Source of the DNA: Deltaproteobacteria bacterium
GTDB lineage: Bacteria; Myxococcota_A; Polyangia; Polyangiales; Houyiibacteriaceae
Assembly: GCA_034670305.1 (NCBI GenBank)
Contig: JAXMNT010000008.1
Location: forward strand, 64,001-128,000
Reading direction: 5' to 3'
DNA length: 64,000 bases
Shown here: one piece after another, positions 1-9,648 of the stretch
Layout of the letters: each line of letters starts with the position of its first letter
Numbering within the stretch: position 1 is the stretch's first letter
The notes under the pieces: model-generated
What the model was told of the DNA's origin: nothing
What the model saw: only the letters and a program-made list of their open reading frames with translations
Database searches by the model: none
Program-made: the position numbers and the translations under genes

Positions 1-404
1 AGTGGCAGGCCCGTGCCGATGAGGGCGGGGAGGTTGATGAGCAGGACGTTGAACACGGCGCCGTGCATCAGCGAGACCGTGCTGTCGATGCAGAACCAGG
101 CGAGCAGCGAAGCGGTCAGCGCGACGTGGGCCCAGCGCTCGCGCTTTCGGAACGGGCCGAGCACGATCGCGAGCTGCAGCACGTAGCTGCCCGCGATGGT
201 GCCACCGAGCGGACCGAGCAAGAACGTCTTCAGGTGCGCGGCCTCCGCTGGCACCTCTCCAGCGAAGAACACTTCCGCCAGCGCGGCGTTCCAGTGCGCG
301 AAGAAGAAGCTCTCGGGTGCAAGGGCCACGAGCACCCCCACCAGACCGAACACCACGCTGACCACGAGCAACCAGCGGTACCAGAACTCGAACCCCAGCT
401 TCAT
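1..404 (-). CDS. Hypothetical multi-pass membrane protein (runs off window start)
   Basis: Manual translation from ATG 404 (MKLGFEFWYRWLLVVSVVFGLVGVLVALAP...) is open to base 1 with several hydrophobic stretches; G-rich SD-like run upstream; absent from the ORF track because it is incomplete. Confidence 0.75.
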   Translation of the reverse strand, partial: MKLGFEFWYRWLLVVSVVFGLVGVLVALAPESFFFAHWNAALAEVFFAGEVPAEAAHLKTFLLGPLGGTIAGSYVLQLAIVLGPFRKRERWAHVALTASLLAWFCIDSTVSLMHGAVFNVLLINLPALIGTGLP

Positions 405-460
405 GTACCCCCCAGTCCTCAACCCCGATTCAAGGGCTGGTCGAGAGCGCGGTCAACCGA

Positions 461-3400
461 TCACAAGAGTGCGGCGAACTCGCGGCCGAACTCGAGGGGC
501 GTGGGCCGGTCTTTCCAGTTCACATTCGTGGCGGACCGCATGAGCTTGACCAACGCCGCCGGGTAGTCCGCGAACCGAGAGTCGTCTTCCATCGGGTCGC
601 GTTTCATGTGCGCGAGAATGCGTTCCCGCTTGTCGCTGATCTCATCGAAGAACGTACGCCCGGTCGTGACGTTGTAGATCGTGCCCGCCAGCGCGTAGAC
701 GTCCGCGCGCCCATCGAGTTCGACAGGATCGAGCACCTGCTCCGGCGCAATGTAGCCCGGCGTGCCCGCCACGAAACGGCCGCCGACTTCCGCGGAGACC
801 GTTTGCGCCCGCACCATGCCGAAGTCGATCAACACGGTCGCGAGCGGCGTCGCGAGCGCCGGGTCCCGGTGTTTGGCTCCGTCGAACCGCACGCCACCGC
901 TGAGGGGCAGACGCAACCAGAGGTTGGCCGGTTTGATGTCCCGATGTACCAGGCCCGCGTTGTGCAGCGCGGTGAGCCCCGCGCAGCTCTCGTGCACGAC
1001 CTTGCGCAGTTCGAACAGGGTCATGAGGCCCGCGGTCGAGTACTGCTTCAGATCGGCGCCGATCAGGTACTCGAGCACCAGGTACGGCATGTCTTCGACC
1101 ACGCCGCGGTCGATGATGTTCGCGACGTTCGGGTGGTAGAGGCCCGCGAGCGCTTTCGCTTCTTCGGTGAACGACGCGAGGATGCCTTCTCGTTCTGTGT
1201 CGCTCGCGCTCGCGAGCACATCGGCCTTCGGGATCTTCAACACGAAGTATCGGTCGGCACCGGGTTTGCGCACGAGCCAGACGCTGCCGATCCCGCCCTC
1301 GCCGAGCGCTTTGATGAGCTCGTAACCGACGATCATCTTCGGCTGCTTCTTCTTCTTCACCGGCGGCGGCGGCGGGGTGCGCTTCATCGCCGCACTCACC
1401 GACGCTTCCACGAGCGCCGACGCCGTCGGCCCAAGCGAAGCGAACCAGACATCGAGCAGCGCCAGCTCGCGCGCCCGAATGGCCCGGGCGACCACCGAGG
1501 CCATGCGGGGCGCGTTGGCCGACACCTGCGTGTTCAACGAGTCGTCCGGCGGAGAGTCCGCCGCGGGATGCAGCGCGCGGACCGGATCGGCGAGCGCGTG
1601 CTGGAGGCGCTCGGCCGCCATGACCAGATCGAGGCACTGCGCTTCGAGGTCGGGCTTCTGACCAGCCGCACCAGCGAACCCTTCGAGCGCCTTCGCGAGT
1701 CCGCCCAGCGACTCGGCCAGCTCCGTCTCGCCGGCGAAGAGCAGGGCGAGGACACGCTCGGTCTCGGTGCCCCATGCGCCATCCTCGGCCGGGCCGTCGG
1801 CCGCGGTGCCGGAGAGCGCCGCCCTCAGCTCGTCTGCCAGCCCGCAGCAGGTCTCGAGCGCGCCGTCCGCGATCATCGGCAGCGCGGTCGCGAGCTGCTG
1901 GAGAATTGCCGGCCGGTCGATGACCAGTGCCCACCAAGCCGCGAACGGACCGAGCCACGCCACGTCGTCGACCTCACCGAGCGCCGTGCCGCGGGTGGTG
2001 TCGACCAGCCGCCAGAAGAGCGCACTCAGGGCGCTGCGAAGCGAGCCGGGCATGTCCCGCGTCCCATCGACCAGACCCTCGAGTTTGCGCAGCCACAGAC
2101 AGGTGTCGTGCGCGACGCGTCCCGGTCCCGGTCCGAGTTCTTGACCCTGGCCGCACGCGTCGAGCGCGTAGCCACCGAGTTTGAGCGCAAGCACCTCGAG
2201 CGAATGTTCGAAGCTCTCGTCGTCGACGTCGTCGAGGCGCCGCTCGCGCACGATGTCGAGAAGTTCGGCCGGGGCTCGAGCCAACATCTCCCAGGTCTCT
2301 TCGAGGTTGGGTTCTGCGATGAAGTCGCCCTCGGGCCGGGTGGCGAGCATCGGCCCCCAGAGGCGCAGCGCCAGCGAGCGCGCGCACCCCTCGACCGCAT
2401 TGATGGCAGCTGCCCGTTGCCGGTTCGACCCCTCGCCCAAGACGATGCGTTTCGCTTCCGCGAAGGTCGGCCCCAGCGTCCCGGCGAACCGCGCAGCCCG
2501 CGCATCGCCTTCTTCGTCGTCGTAGTGGGCGGCGAGCCGCACCAGGTTCTCGAGCCCGGTCTCGATGTCGAGGGGGTCGCGTTCCGCGGCGTCGAGCGGA
2601 TCGGTGACCTGCAAGATCTCGAGCCACCGGCGCAAGTCGTCCACCTGGTCGGTCCGCGCGCGGCGGGCCATCAGACGAAGTCGGCCGAAGGGCGCCACCA
2701 GCTGGCCGCGCGGCGCACCACGGCGCCAGAGCGTCGCGATGCCGCGGGCGAGGGCGCGCGCCGCCACGGCCCCACCGTCGCCGGTCATGATGCGTTCGGC
2801 GAGCGGATCCCAGATGTCGCGCCGCTCGTGAAAGAGGTACGGCGTGGCCGCGGCCGCAGCCGCCAGTCCCCAGGCCTCTTCCTGTGGGGCGTCGAGAATG
2901 GACTCGAGTTCGTGCCCCAGGATCGCGAGCCGCATCGCGGGCAACGAACAGAAGGCGGTCATCGCGCGCTGCCGCAAGACGTGAGACGCCCCGTGCACCC
3001 AGTCCAGGAGCGTGCCCTCGAGCGGTTCGAACACGCCCGCCAACCGGCCGAACGCACGCGCCGCATGGATCCAGACCATGGGCTCCGGATGCAAGAGCAA
3101 CGGTTGGAGAACCTGGAGGGTGCGGCCGACCAAGTGCGGGTCGGTCATGTGCGACATGCCGCACGCAGTCGTCTCGAGGGAGCGGGCTGCGAGCACGCGC
3201 CCTCGCAGGGAACCCCGCGCCGGCCCTGCGATCACTGCCTCGAAGGTGGCTTCCGAGTTCCAGATCCACTTGCCGAGCACCGGCAACTCGAGCGCGCGGG
3301 CACCCGCTTCCCAGATGAGGATCTCCATGCGCGCCCGGGCTTCGAAGTTCTCCGCCGCGCGGAACTCGTCGGCACCTCCAAGCAACGGCACACACGCCAG

Positions 3401-3772
3401 CGCATCCTGAAGCGGACCGCACACGACGCGACTGCGCGCACCGAGGCGTGCGTGGTCGCGGCGCGTCTCGAGGCTGAGGGCGGCAGAGAGGAGCGGGGCA
3501 AGAACGGCGTCCTCGCGGCCAGCGCTCGCATCGCACCAGATGAGGACCACATCGCCCAGTTTGTCTTCGAGCAATGCCTTGAGGTCGGCGGGCTTGGCCT
3601 CCGAAGTCCACGCGAAGAGCCCATCGTCCACGACGCGCGCGGCGGCCTTCACCCCGTCCGGCAGCTCTTTCTGGAAGCCGCGCCAGGTTTCGTAGAGCCC
3701 TCCGGCGAGCGCGGGTTTGGCCGCAAGCGCCTCGGAGAGCGTGGTCAGGGCCTCTCGAACGGTCTCATCCAT
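461..3772 (-). CDS. Hanks-type Ser/Thr protein kinase, C-terminal kinase domain after a long alpha-helical N-terminal region
   Basis: LGEGGIG loop, VLK, HRDIKPAN, LIDFG, GTPGYIAPEQ, DVYALA motifs in the last ~280 aa; start placed at MDETVRE (ATG 3772). Confidence 0.92.
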   Translation of the reverse strand: MDETVREALTTLSEALAAKPALAGGLYETWRGFQKELPDGVKAAARVVDDGLFAWTSEAKPADLKALLEDKLGDVVLIWCDASAGREDAVLAPLLSAALSLETRRDHARLGARSRVVCGPLQDALACVPLLGGADEFRAAENFEARARMEILIWEAGARALELPVLGKWIWNSEATFEAVIAGPARGSLRGRVLAARSLETTACGMSHMTDPHLVGRTLQVLQPLLLHPEPMVWIHAARAFGRLAGVFEPLEGTLLDWVHGASHVLRQRAMTAFCSLPAMRLAILGHELESILDAPQEEAWGLAAAAAATPYLFHERRDIWDPLAERIMTGDGGAVAARALARGIATLWRRGAPRGQLVAPFGRLRLMARRARTDQVDDLRRWLEILQVTDPLDAAERDPLDIETGLENLVRLAAHYDDEEGDARAARFAGTLGPTFAEAKRIVLGEGSNRQRAAAINAVEGCARSLALRLWGPMLATRPEGDFIAEPNLEETWEMLARAPAELLDIVRERRLDDVDDESFEHSLEVLALKLGGYALDACGQGQELGPGPGRVAHDTCLWLRKLEGLVDGTRDMPGSLRSALSALFWRLVDTTRGTALGEVDDVAWLGPFAAWWALVIDRPAILQQLATALPMIADGALETCCGLADELRAALSGTAADGPAEDGAWGTETERVLALLFAGETELAESLGGLAKALEGFAGAAGQKPDLEAQCLDLVMAAERLQHALADPVRALHPAADSPPDDSLNTQVSANAPRMASVVARAIRARELALLDVWFASLGPTASALVEASVSAAMKRTPPPPPVKKKKQPKMIVGYELIKALGEGGIGSVWLVRKPGADRYFVLKIPKADVLASASDTEREGILASFTEEAKALAGLYHPNVANIIDRGVVEDMPYLVLEYLIGADLKQYSTAGLMTLFELRKVVHESCAGLTALHNAGLVHRDIKPANLWLRLPLSGGVRFDGAKHRDPALATPLATVLIDFGMVRAQTVSAEVGGRFVAGTPGYIAPEQVLDPVELDGRADVYALAGTIYNVTTGRTFFDEISDKRERILAHMKRDPMEDDSRFADYPAALVKLMRSATNVNWKDRPTPLEFGREFAALL

Positions 3773-3907
3773 GGACCGGCCGATCGTACACGCTCCGCGG
3801 CCGGTCCGGGAGTTCCTGGTGCGCACTGCCTGGTGCTGCTTGGTTCGGCGCACTCTTGGCGCTCGGCACGTTGGGTTTGCGAGCCTTCACGCCGAGAGTT
3901 GGGGCGC

Positions 3908-5233
3908 CTACTCCGAGGTATCGCCTGCCGCCGCAAGCTGCTCTGCGAAGGCGCGCAGGCCACCGGCGGGCTGGGCATCGAGGTAGGCCCGGGCTTCGCG
4001 TGCGGCCTGTTCGGTTCGCCCCAGCTGATGCAACGAACGCAAGCGCAGTGCGGCGAGTCGTTCGGACAGGTGGGTTGTTCGCGGGGCTTGATCCAACGCC
4101 GCGAAGGCACCGGCGGGATCATCCAGCTCGTAGAACCGGATCCGGCCCGCGTTGTACGCCGCGCGCGCATCGGTCGACGCGAGCCGCGCGTATGCATCGG
4201 CAGCCTCCGAGAACCGTCCGAGTCCTCGGAGCGCGTCGGCTTCGAGAAGCGGCCAACGGCGGCGGCGGGCTTCGGCGAGGACCGGTTCGAGACGGCCGTC
4301 GCGAAGCCAGGACTCGACGGTGCGGCGGGAGGGGCGGGGTGCGGAAGCGGAAGCGGATGCGGACGCGGACGCGGATGCCGATGCCGAATCCGAATCCGAA
4401 TCCGAATCCGATGCCGATGCCGATGCCGATGCCGAATCCGATGCCGAACCCGATGCCGAATCCGATGCCGAATCCGATGCCGAATCCGATGCCGATGCCG
4501 ATGCCGAATCCGATGCCGAATCCGATGCCGATGCCGATGCCGATGCCGATGCCGAATCCGATGCCGAATCCGAATCCGATGCCGGCGCTTGTTCCGAAAC
4601 CGCCGAGACCGCGACGCTTGCCGCACTTGCGGTTCGGGTTTGGGCGGCGGCTTCGCCGGCGGAGTCGAGGGGGGAGGAGGCGCGGGGGAGGGGCGTGGCG
4701 GCGGTGGGGATCCACATCTGGCCGGCGCGGACGTGGGCGGTTTGGCCGCGGCGGTCGACGTCGACGCTGCCTTCGTAGACGCGGACGGTGGTGCGGCCGT
4801 CTTCATGGGCGACCGAGAAGACGGTGCCGCGCACATGGACCACGGCGTCGCGGGTGCGCACCGCGAAACGTTCGCCGTCCGAGAGCGGCTTCACGTCGAA
4901 CAGCACGGTGCCGCGATCGACCGCGACTTCGCGCGACGTCTGGCTTGCGTCGACGACATCGAAGTGCGCGCCGGCGGTGGCGACGATCGAGTCGCCGGTG
5001 GGCAGCTGCACGCGCAGCGGTTCTTCGTCGGAACGCAGCTGGGTGCCTGCGAGCAGCCCCGCCGCCAGGAGGACACACGCGGCGACCGCCCAGCGCATGC
5101 GGGTGCGCACCGTCTCCCGCCGACGCGCGGCGCGCATCGCCGCGGCGATCATGGCATCCGCCCGGTCGTCTGAGAGTGGCGGCGGGGCGCTGCGCTGGGC
5201 GAGCTCGGTGAGTGCGTCGACCACGTCAGTCAC
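3908..5233 (-). CDS. FecR-domain anti-sigma factor with TM helix, Ser/Ala/Asp linker and C-terminal TPR-like region
   Basis: [17 protein letters not shown]; FecR-like [31 protein letters not shown]-like helical C-terminus; GTG 5233 overlaps the end of the sigma gene. Confidence 0.88.
   Translation of the reverse strand: MTDVVDALTELAQRSAPPPLSDDRADAMIAAAMRAARRRETVRTRMRWAVAACVLLAAGLLAGTQLRSDEEPLRVQLPTGDSIVATAGAHFDVVDASQTSREVAVDRGTVLFDVKPLSDGERFAVRTRDAVVHVRGTVFSVAHEDGRTTVRVYEGSVDVDRRGQTAHVRAGQMWIPTAATPLPRASSPLDSAGEAAAQTRTASAASVAVSAVSEQAPASDSDSASDSASASASASASDSASDSASASASDSASDSASDSASGSASDSASASASASDSDSDSDSASASASASASASASAPRPSRRTVESWLRDGRLEPVLAEARRRRWPLLEADALRGLGRFSEAADAYARLASTDARAAYNAGRIRFYELDDPAGAFAALDQAPRTTHLSERLAALRLRSLHQLGRTEQAAREARAYLDAQPAGGLRAFAEQLAAAGDTSE
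4341..4584. repeat. Hexamer tract (GCCGAT/TCCGAA/GCGGAA) encoding the SA/SD linker of the anti-sigma factor
   Basis: Directly visible 6-nt periodicity. Confidence 0.95.
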
Positions 5234-5876
5234 TCCTGCCGCTCCCCGCCCGCTCGGCGAACGCGGCGATGTACGGATCCGAATCGAGCCGGCGGGCGAC
5301 CTCGGCGCGGGCATGACTCAGTCGGGAGCGCATCGCGAGGCTGGAGATGCCTTCGAGTTTGGCGGCTTCGCCCGGCTTGAGCCCTTCGACACAGCACAAG
5401 ACGAAGGCGACGCGGCGCTTCTCAGGCAACCGTTCCAGACACCGGTAGAGCCGGCGAAGGGCTTCCCGGTCCATCGCGCGCGATTCTGGGTCGATCTCGT
5501 CCGCCGGGGGCGGCACCAGGGCGAGTACCTCTTCGCGGCTGCGTTTGCGGAAGTACTTGTACGCGATGCGCACGGTGATGCGGTGCGCGAAGGTCGTCAC
5601 CTTGGAGTCGCCTCGAAACGTCGGCAGCGCCCCCGCGAGCGCGACCAGCGCATCCTGCGTGGCGTCGTCGAGATCGGCGCGAGGTCCGAGCAGGCGGTGC
5701 AGCCACCGGCGCACCTTCGGCATCAGAAGCCGCAACACGTGCTCGAGGGTTCGCGGGTCTCCGCTGCGAAGCGCCTCGAGGTCGACGCCCACGAGCCCAC
5801 CGGAGGCAGGCTCGGAAGCTTGCGCACGCACCAGGGGCGCTTCGGTGCGTTTGGGATCGAGGAAAGAGAAGACCAC
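5226..5876 (-). CDS. ECF RNA polymerase sigma factor
   Basis: Region 2 (DDATQDALVAL..FRGDSKVTTFAHRITVR) and region 4 (LERLPEKRRVAFVL..EG..AMRSRLSHAR). ORF is open from TTG 5936; GTG 5876 preferred because of the promoter-like motif at 5885-5915. Confidence 0.9.
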   Translation of the reverse strand: MVFSFLDPKRTEAPLVRAQASEPASGGLVGVDLEALRSGDPRTLEHVLRLLMPKVRRWLHRLLGPRADLDDATQDALVALAGALPTFRGDSKVTTFAHRITVRIAYKYFRKRSREEVLALVPPPADEIDPESRAMDREALRRLYRCLERLPEKRRVAFVLCCVEGLKPGEAAKLEGISSLAMRSRLSHARAEVARRLDSDPYIAAFAERAGSGRSD

Positions 5877-5884
5877 CGACAGCG

Positions 5885-5915
5885 CAGTGCCGAACGCACC
5901 GTCGAACGTTGCAAA
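5885..5915 (-). promoter_or_regulatory. Candidate ECF-type promoter copy B: TTTGCAACGTTC-N12-GGCACTG
   Basis: Same bipartite motif as 7725-7754; ends 8 nt before GTG 5876. Confidence 0.6.
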
Positions 5916-5932
5916 CGATGTGAGCGCAGTGC

Positions 5933-7717
5933 TCAAAAGATCTGTACTCCCAAGGAAACACTCGGAAAACCGCGCACGGTCCAGTCGCCGAACTCGTCGT
6001 CGTGGAGGACGGTTTCACCGAATGTGCCGTAGCTGCTCGGATCGCGGTACGCGCTGACGACATTGTAGGAGAGCCCCGCCACCAGCGCGACGCGGTCGAA
6101 CACCTGGAAGCCGACCAGCACCCTGCCCTGCGCGAGCGTCTCGGTGCCGGCATTGCCCACATCCCCGTCGCTCATCCAGTGGCCGAGCACGTCGAGGTCG
6201 ACGAAGAGGCGTTCGGACGGCGTGATGCGGGCACCCATGCCGAGTCCAAACCCGTAGACCGCGTCGTTGTCTCCTTCGGAGAACGGCCGCGCGAGCACGG
6301 AGTAGAGGTAGTGCCAATGGGCGCCTCCGTGTTTGGCGGCCACCTGGACGAAGCCTTCGGAGTTCGCGGTCACCTCCAGATGGGTCCGGCCGTTGCGCAC
6401 GATGTTGAGCAGCCCGAGCGCGAAGTCTGCGTCGTCGCTGATGTTGACCAACCCGAGCTGCACTCCGTCGAACGAGCCGCGCTGGATGTTGAGGGACCCA
6501 ATCTGCACGCCGTGGCCGCCACGGGCGAAGTTGACCCCGCTCGATGCCTGCAGCCCGCGCACGTGCCCGGTCGCGATGTTGGCGCCGGTCGAGAGCTGCA
6601 CGCCCGACACGTCCCCGTGCACGAAGTTGAATCCGGTGGTGGCCTGGGTGCCGGAGAAGTTGCCCTTCACCCAGTTGAACCCGGTCGCCAGTTGCAGTCC
6701 GCGGCTGTCCGCGCCGGCGATGTTGCCGAGGCCCGCCATCATCAGACCGCCCATGCGCCCGCGGGTCGTGTTCATTCCGAGCGAGAACGCCACCGCCGTC
6801 ATCTCTCCAGCGTGCGCCCACACGCCGAGGGAAAGGGCCCGACTCTCCCGCCCGCGGTGGAACGAGGAGCTGCCGACGTAGGGGAAGAGGTCGGCGCCGA
6901 AGAACACCCGGCGCATCTCTGCGTCGACCGGGTTGTCTGCGTCCGGGACATCGGGCGCACGCGGCGTCTCCGGCGGTGCATCCGTCGCAGGCTCGGGCAC
7001 GACCGGGATCTCGACCACCGAGTCCGGAAGCGGATCGGAGAGCGGCACCTCGATGTAGGCGTCCTCCGCGAGCGTCGCCGAAGCGTTGCGTCCGTCGGGG
7101 ACCTGCACCGAGGCGGAGCCGGTGTCGATCTCCACGCCCTCGCCTTCCACCTCCACGCGAACCCGGACCCGGATCCGGGCCGGCGGACGCCGGATCTCGT
7201 CGAGCAGACTCGACGCCACGACCGCGAACGTGCGCGGGTCGACGCTGGCCAGGGTTCCACTGAAGGGCGCGTGCCGGACCGCTTCCCCGTTCACCTCGAC
7301 CGCCCGCACCGTGGATGCATCCGCGGGACCTTCCTCCACCCAGAGCACCACGCCGGCGCCGACGAGCCGGGCCAGCGATTGCGCGTTCGACGCCCGGGTG
7401 AGGCCCGAGCCGGGGCCGACATCGGGTCCGACGAGTACCGTCATGCCGCGCCCAGCGAGCTCCATCTGCAGCGCCTCCGCGAGCTCCGGGCCGGCTGGCT
7501 CGCTGGTCGCGAGCAACACGCCACCTGGTCGACTGGCCGCGCCTTGGTGCGCCTCGGGCGCAAACACCACGTCCCCCTGGCCCGCCTCGGAGGGCACCGA
7601 CTGCGCACCGACCGCTGAGGCCCAGGCCAGGCAGCCGAGCATGGTGGTCAGACGCAACACGCCCCAGAAGGTTCCATGCACGGACCGGGCACGCATCTCG
7701 AAGTTCGCGTTCTGCAT
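5933..7717 (-). CDS. Exported/outer-membrane protein with GxQxxxxxN surface repeats (LA_2272-like) and probable C-terminal beta-barrel
   Basis: Signal-peptide-like segment ending ASAVGAQ; repeats GLQLATGFN/GTQATTGFN/GVQLSTGAN/GLQASSGVN/GVQIGSLN/GVQLGLVN; amphipathic strands and terminal Phe (VSLGVQIF). Confidence 0.75.
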   Translation of the reverse strand: MQNANFEMRARSVHGTFWGVLRLTTMLGCLAWASAVGAQSVPSEAGQGDVVFAPEAHQGAASRPGGVLLATSEPAGPELAEALQMELAGRGMTVLVGPDVGPGSGLTRASNAQSLARLVGAGVVLWVEEGPADASTVRAVEVNGEAVRHAPFSGTLASVDPRTFAVVASSLLDEIRRPPARIRVRVRVEVEGEGVEIDTGSASVQVPDGRNASATLAEDAYIEVPLSDPLPDSVVEIPVVPEPATDAPPETPRAPDVPDADNPVDAEMRRVFFGADLFPYVGSSSFHRGRESRALSLGVWAHAGEMTAVAFSLGMNTTRGRMGGLMMAGLGNIAGADSRGLQLATGFNWVKGNFSGTQATTGFNFVHGDVSGVQLSTGANIATGHVRGLQASSGVNFARGGHGVQIGSLNIQRGSFDGVQLGLVNISDDADFALGLLNIVRNGRTHLEVTANSEGFVQVAAKHGGAHWHYLYSVLARPFSEGDNDAVYGFGLGMGARITPSERLFVDLDVLGHWMSDGDVGNAGTETLAQGRVLVGFQVFDRVALVAGLSYNVVSAYRDPSSYGTFGETVLHDDEFGDWTVRGFPSVSLGVQIF

Positions 7718-7724
7718 GGTCGGT

Positions 7725-7754
7725 CAGTGCCGGTCCGCGGCGGAACGTTGCAAA
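7725..7754 (-). promoter_or_regulatory. Candidate ECF-type promoter copy A: TTTGCAACGTTC-N11-GGCACTG
   Basis: 12-nt and 7-nt blocks identical to copy B; ends 7 nt before ATG 7717. Confidence 0.6.
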
Positions 7755-7824
7755 GAAGTGACTACAGACTGCGGTCCTCGTGACCAAACTTTGACGTGAC
7801 ACTGCGCGGTGCGCCGACCACCCT

Positions 7825-8499
7825 TTGCGCGTGACCGGTTCCGAGAACGAGTCTTCGAGCGCGGCCGAGCCCACCGCCGAACGACCGAGCATGCGGGGCA
7901 CCCTGCACGCGTGGGCCGTGGTGCCCTTCGCCATCGCCGGCGCGGTGCTCGTGGCTTGGAGCGAACCGGCCGACATGTGGCCGACGCTCGGATACGCGGT
8001 GAGCGTCGCGGCGTGCTTGGGTACGAGCGCGCTCTACCACCGAGTCGATTGGGGTCCGCAGTGGTACGCGCGCATGCGCCGACTCGACCACGCGATGATC
8101 TTCGTACTCATCGTCGGGACGTGGACCCCGCTCTGTCTGGTCGCCTGCCGGGGCAGGGATGTGTCGACGCTCTTCGTGACCTTGTGCGTCATGGCCGGGA
8201 TCGGCGTCGCGATGACTTTGTTTTGGACCACCGCCCCCAAGTGGATCCGCGCCGTCGTGTACCTGGCGGTTGGGTGGATGGGGCTGTTCGTCGTGCCCGA
8301 TCTCTACGCCAGCCTGGGGGCGCAAGGGGTTGGGCTGCTCGCGGCGGGCGGCGTGCTCTACTCGGTGGGCGCGCTCGCGTATGCAATGCAGTGGCCGAAC
8401 CCGTCGCCCAAGGTCTTCGGCTACCACGAGATCTTCCATGCGTTCGTGATCCTGGCCGCCGGCGTGCACTTCGCCCTCGTGGCGACCGCAGTCATCTGA
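7825..8499 (+). CDS. Hemolysin III / PAQR family membrane protein
   Basis: SALYH, RRLDHAMIF..GTWTP, GGVLYSVGA, FGYHEIFHAFV motifs; start uncertain. Confidence 0.92.
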   Translation: MRVTGSENESSSAAEPTAERPSMRGTLHAWAVVPFAIAGAVLVAWSEPADMWPTLGYAVSVAACLGTSALYHRVDWGPQWYARMRRLDHAMIFVLIVGTWTPLCLVACRGRDVSTLFVTLCVMAGIGVAMTLFWTTAPKWIRAVVYLAVGWMGLFVVPDLYASLGAQGVGLLAAGGVLYSVGALAYAMQWPNPSPKVFGYHEIFHAFVILAAGVHFALVATAVI

Positions 8500-8532
8500 C
8501 CGCAGGGATCTGAGCCGGGGCGGCGGCCAAAA

Positions 8533-8573
8533 CGAACAAAGGCAGCCTCCGTTTGCGGTGGCTGCCTTGTTCG
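8533..8573. terminator. Probable bidirectional intrinsic terminator between convergent hlyIII-like and fabH genes
   Basis: Stem AAGGCAGCC/GGCTGCCTT extended by GAAC/GTTC; T-rich tail on the minus strand. Confidence 0.7.
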
Positions 8574-8589
8574 CTGTGGGGACGTGCGT

Positions 8590-9648
8590 TCAGACTTCGA
8601 AGATCGCGCAGCCCCAGGTGAAGCCGCTGCCGAAGACCGTGGAGAGGATGCGGTCGCCCTTCTTCACTTTGCCTTCGCGCTTCCAGTGGTCGATCGTGAG
8701 CGGCACGGTCGCGGCGGTCGTGTTGCCGTACCACATGATCGAGTTGAGCACTTTCTCAGGCGGGATCTTCGCGTACTGCGTGACCGCCTCGTTGATGCGC
8801 AGGTTGGCCTGGTGCGGCACGAACCAGGTGATCTCGTCCCAGGTCAGCCCGGTCTTCTCGAGCGCTCGTTTCGTGGCACCGACCATGTTGCGCACCGCGT
8901 GGAGGTAGACCCGCTTGCCGTCCATCTGCGGGAACATCTCGAGGTTCTGGTCGCGGTCCATTCCGTCGTACCAAACCATCGGGCTCTTCGCGATGTCGAA
9001 GCACTTCAAGTACAGGTGCATCGCGCCGCTGCCGTCGGCCGCCGCGTGGGTGTAGAGGATGCCGGCCTTGTCGTCGTCGGTCTCTTGTTTGCCGACGATC
9101 ATCGCGCCCGCTCCGTCACCGAACAGCACCATGACGTCGCGCCCGCGGGTGCTGAAGTCGAGCGAGTGACTGTGGAGTTCCGACCCGACGAGCAGGATCT
9201 TCTCGTACTTGCCGGCCTTGATGAACGCGTCCGCCATCTCGAGGCCGTAGACGAAGCCGCTGCACTGCTGACGAATGTCGTAGCAAGGGCACCCGTCTTC
9301 GCCGTCGATGCCGAGCTTCGCCTGGAGGAACACCGCGGTGCCCGGGAAGTGGATGTCTGGAGAGAGCGTGCCCAGGATGATGCAGTCGATCTCGCTCGCA
9401 TCCATCTCAGCGTCTTCGAGCGCCTTCTGGGCGGCGCGCAAAGCCAGGTCGCTGCAGTTCCACTTGCCGTCGTTGGGCACGTAGTGGCGCTGTTCGATCC
9501 CGGTCCGGGTACGAATCCATTCGTCGTTCGTCTCGGTCTGGATCTCTTCGCAGACTTCGTGCTGCTGGTTGAGAAAAGGGATCTCCTCGTTCTTGACGAT
9601 GCGGTCGGGAACGTAGGAGCCGATGCCTAGAATTTTCGAGCGAATCAC
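8590..9648 (-). CDS. fabH: 3-oxoacyl-ACP synthase III family
   Basis: WIRTRTGI, QCSGF (Cys), LFGDGAGA, PHQAN (His), YGNTTAAT (Asn), FGSGFTWG. Confidence 0.92.
   Translation of the reverse strand: MIRSKILGIGSYVPDRIVKNEEIPFLNQQHEVCEEIQTETNDEWIRTRTGIEQRHYVPNDGKWNCSDLALRAAQKALEDAEMDASEIDCIILGTLSPDIHFPGTAVFLQAKLGIDGEDGCPCYDIRQQCSGFVYGLEMADAFIKAGKYEKILLVGSELHSHSLDFSTRGRDVMVLFGDGAGAMIVGKQETDDDKAGILYTHAAADGSGAMHLYLKCFDIAKSPMVWYDGMDRDQNLEMFPQMDGKRVYLHAVRNMVGATKRALEKTGLTWDEITWFVPHQANLRINEAVTQYAKIPPEKVLNSIMWYGNTTAATVPLTIDHWKREGKVKKGDRILSTVFGSGFTWGCAIFEV

Noticed and set aside
608-5173. Very long plus-strand ORF (1521 aa) and similar antisense ORFs (e.g. 16394-19195, 29561-31906)
   Set aside because: Shadow ORFs of real opposite-strand genes in high-GC DNA; no recognisable motifs
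7758-7835. Repeated GTGAC pentamers between the surface-protein and hlyIII-like genes
   Set aside because: Short with irregular spacing; not distinguishable from chance
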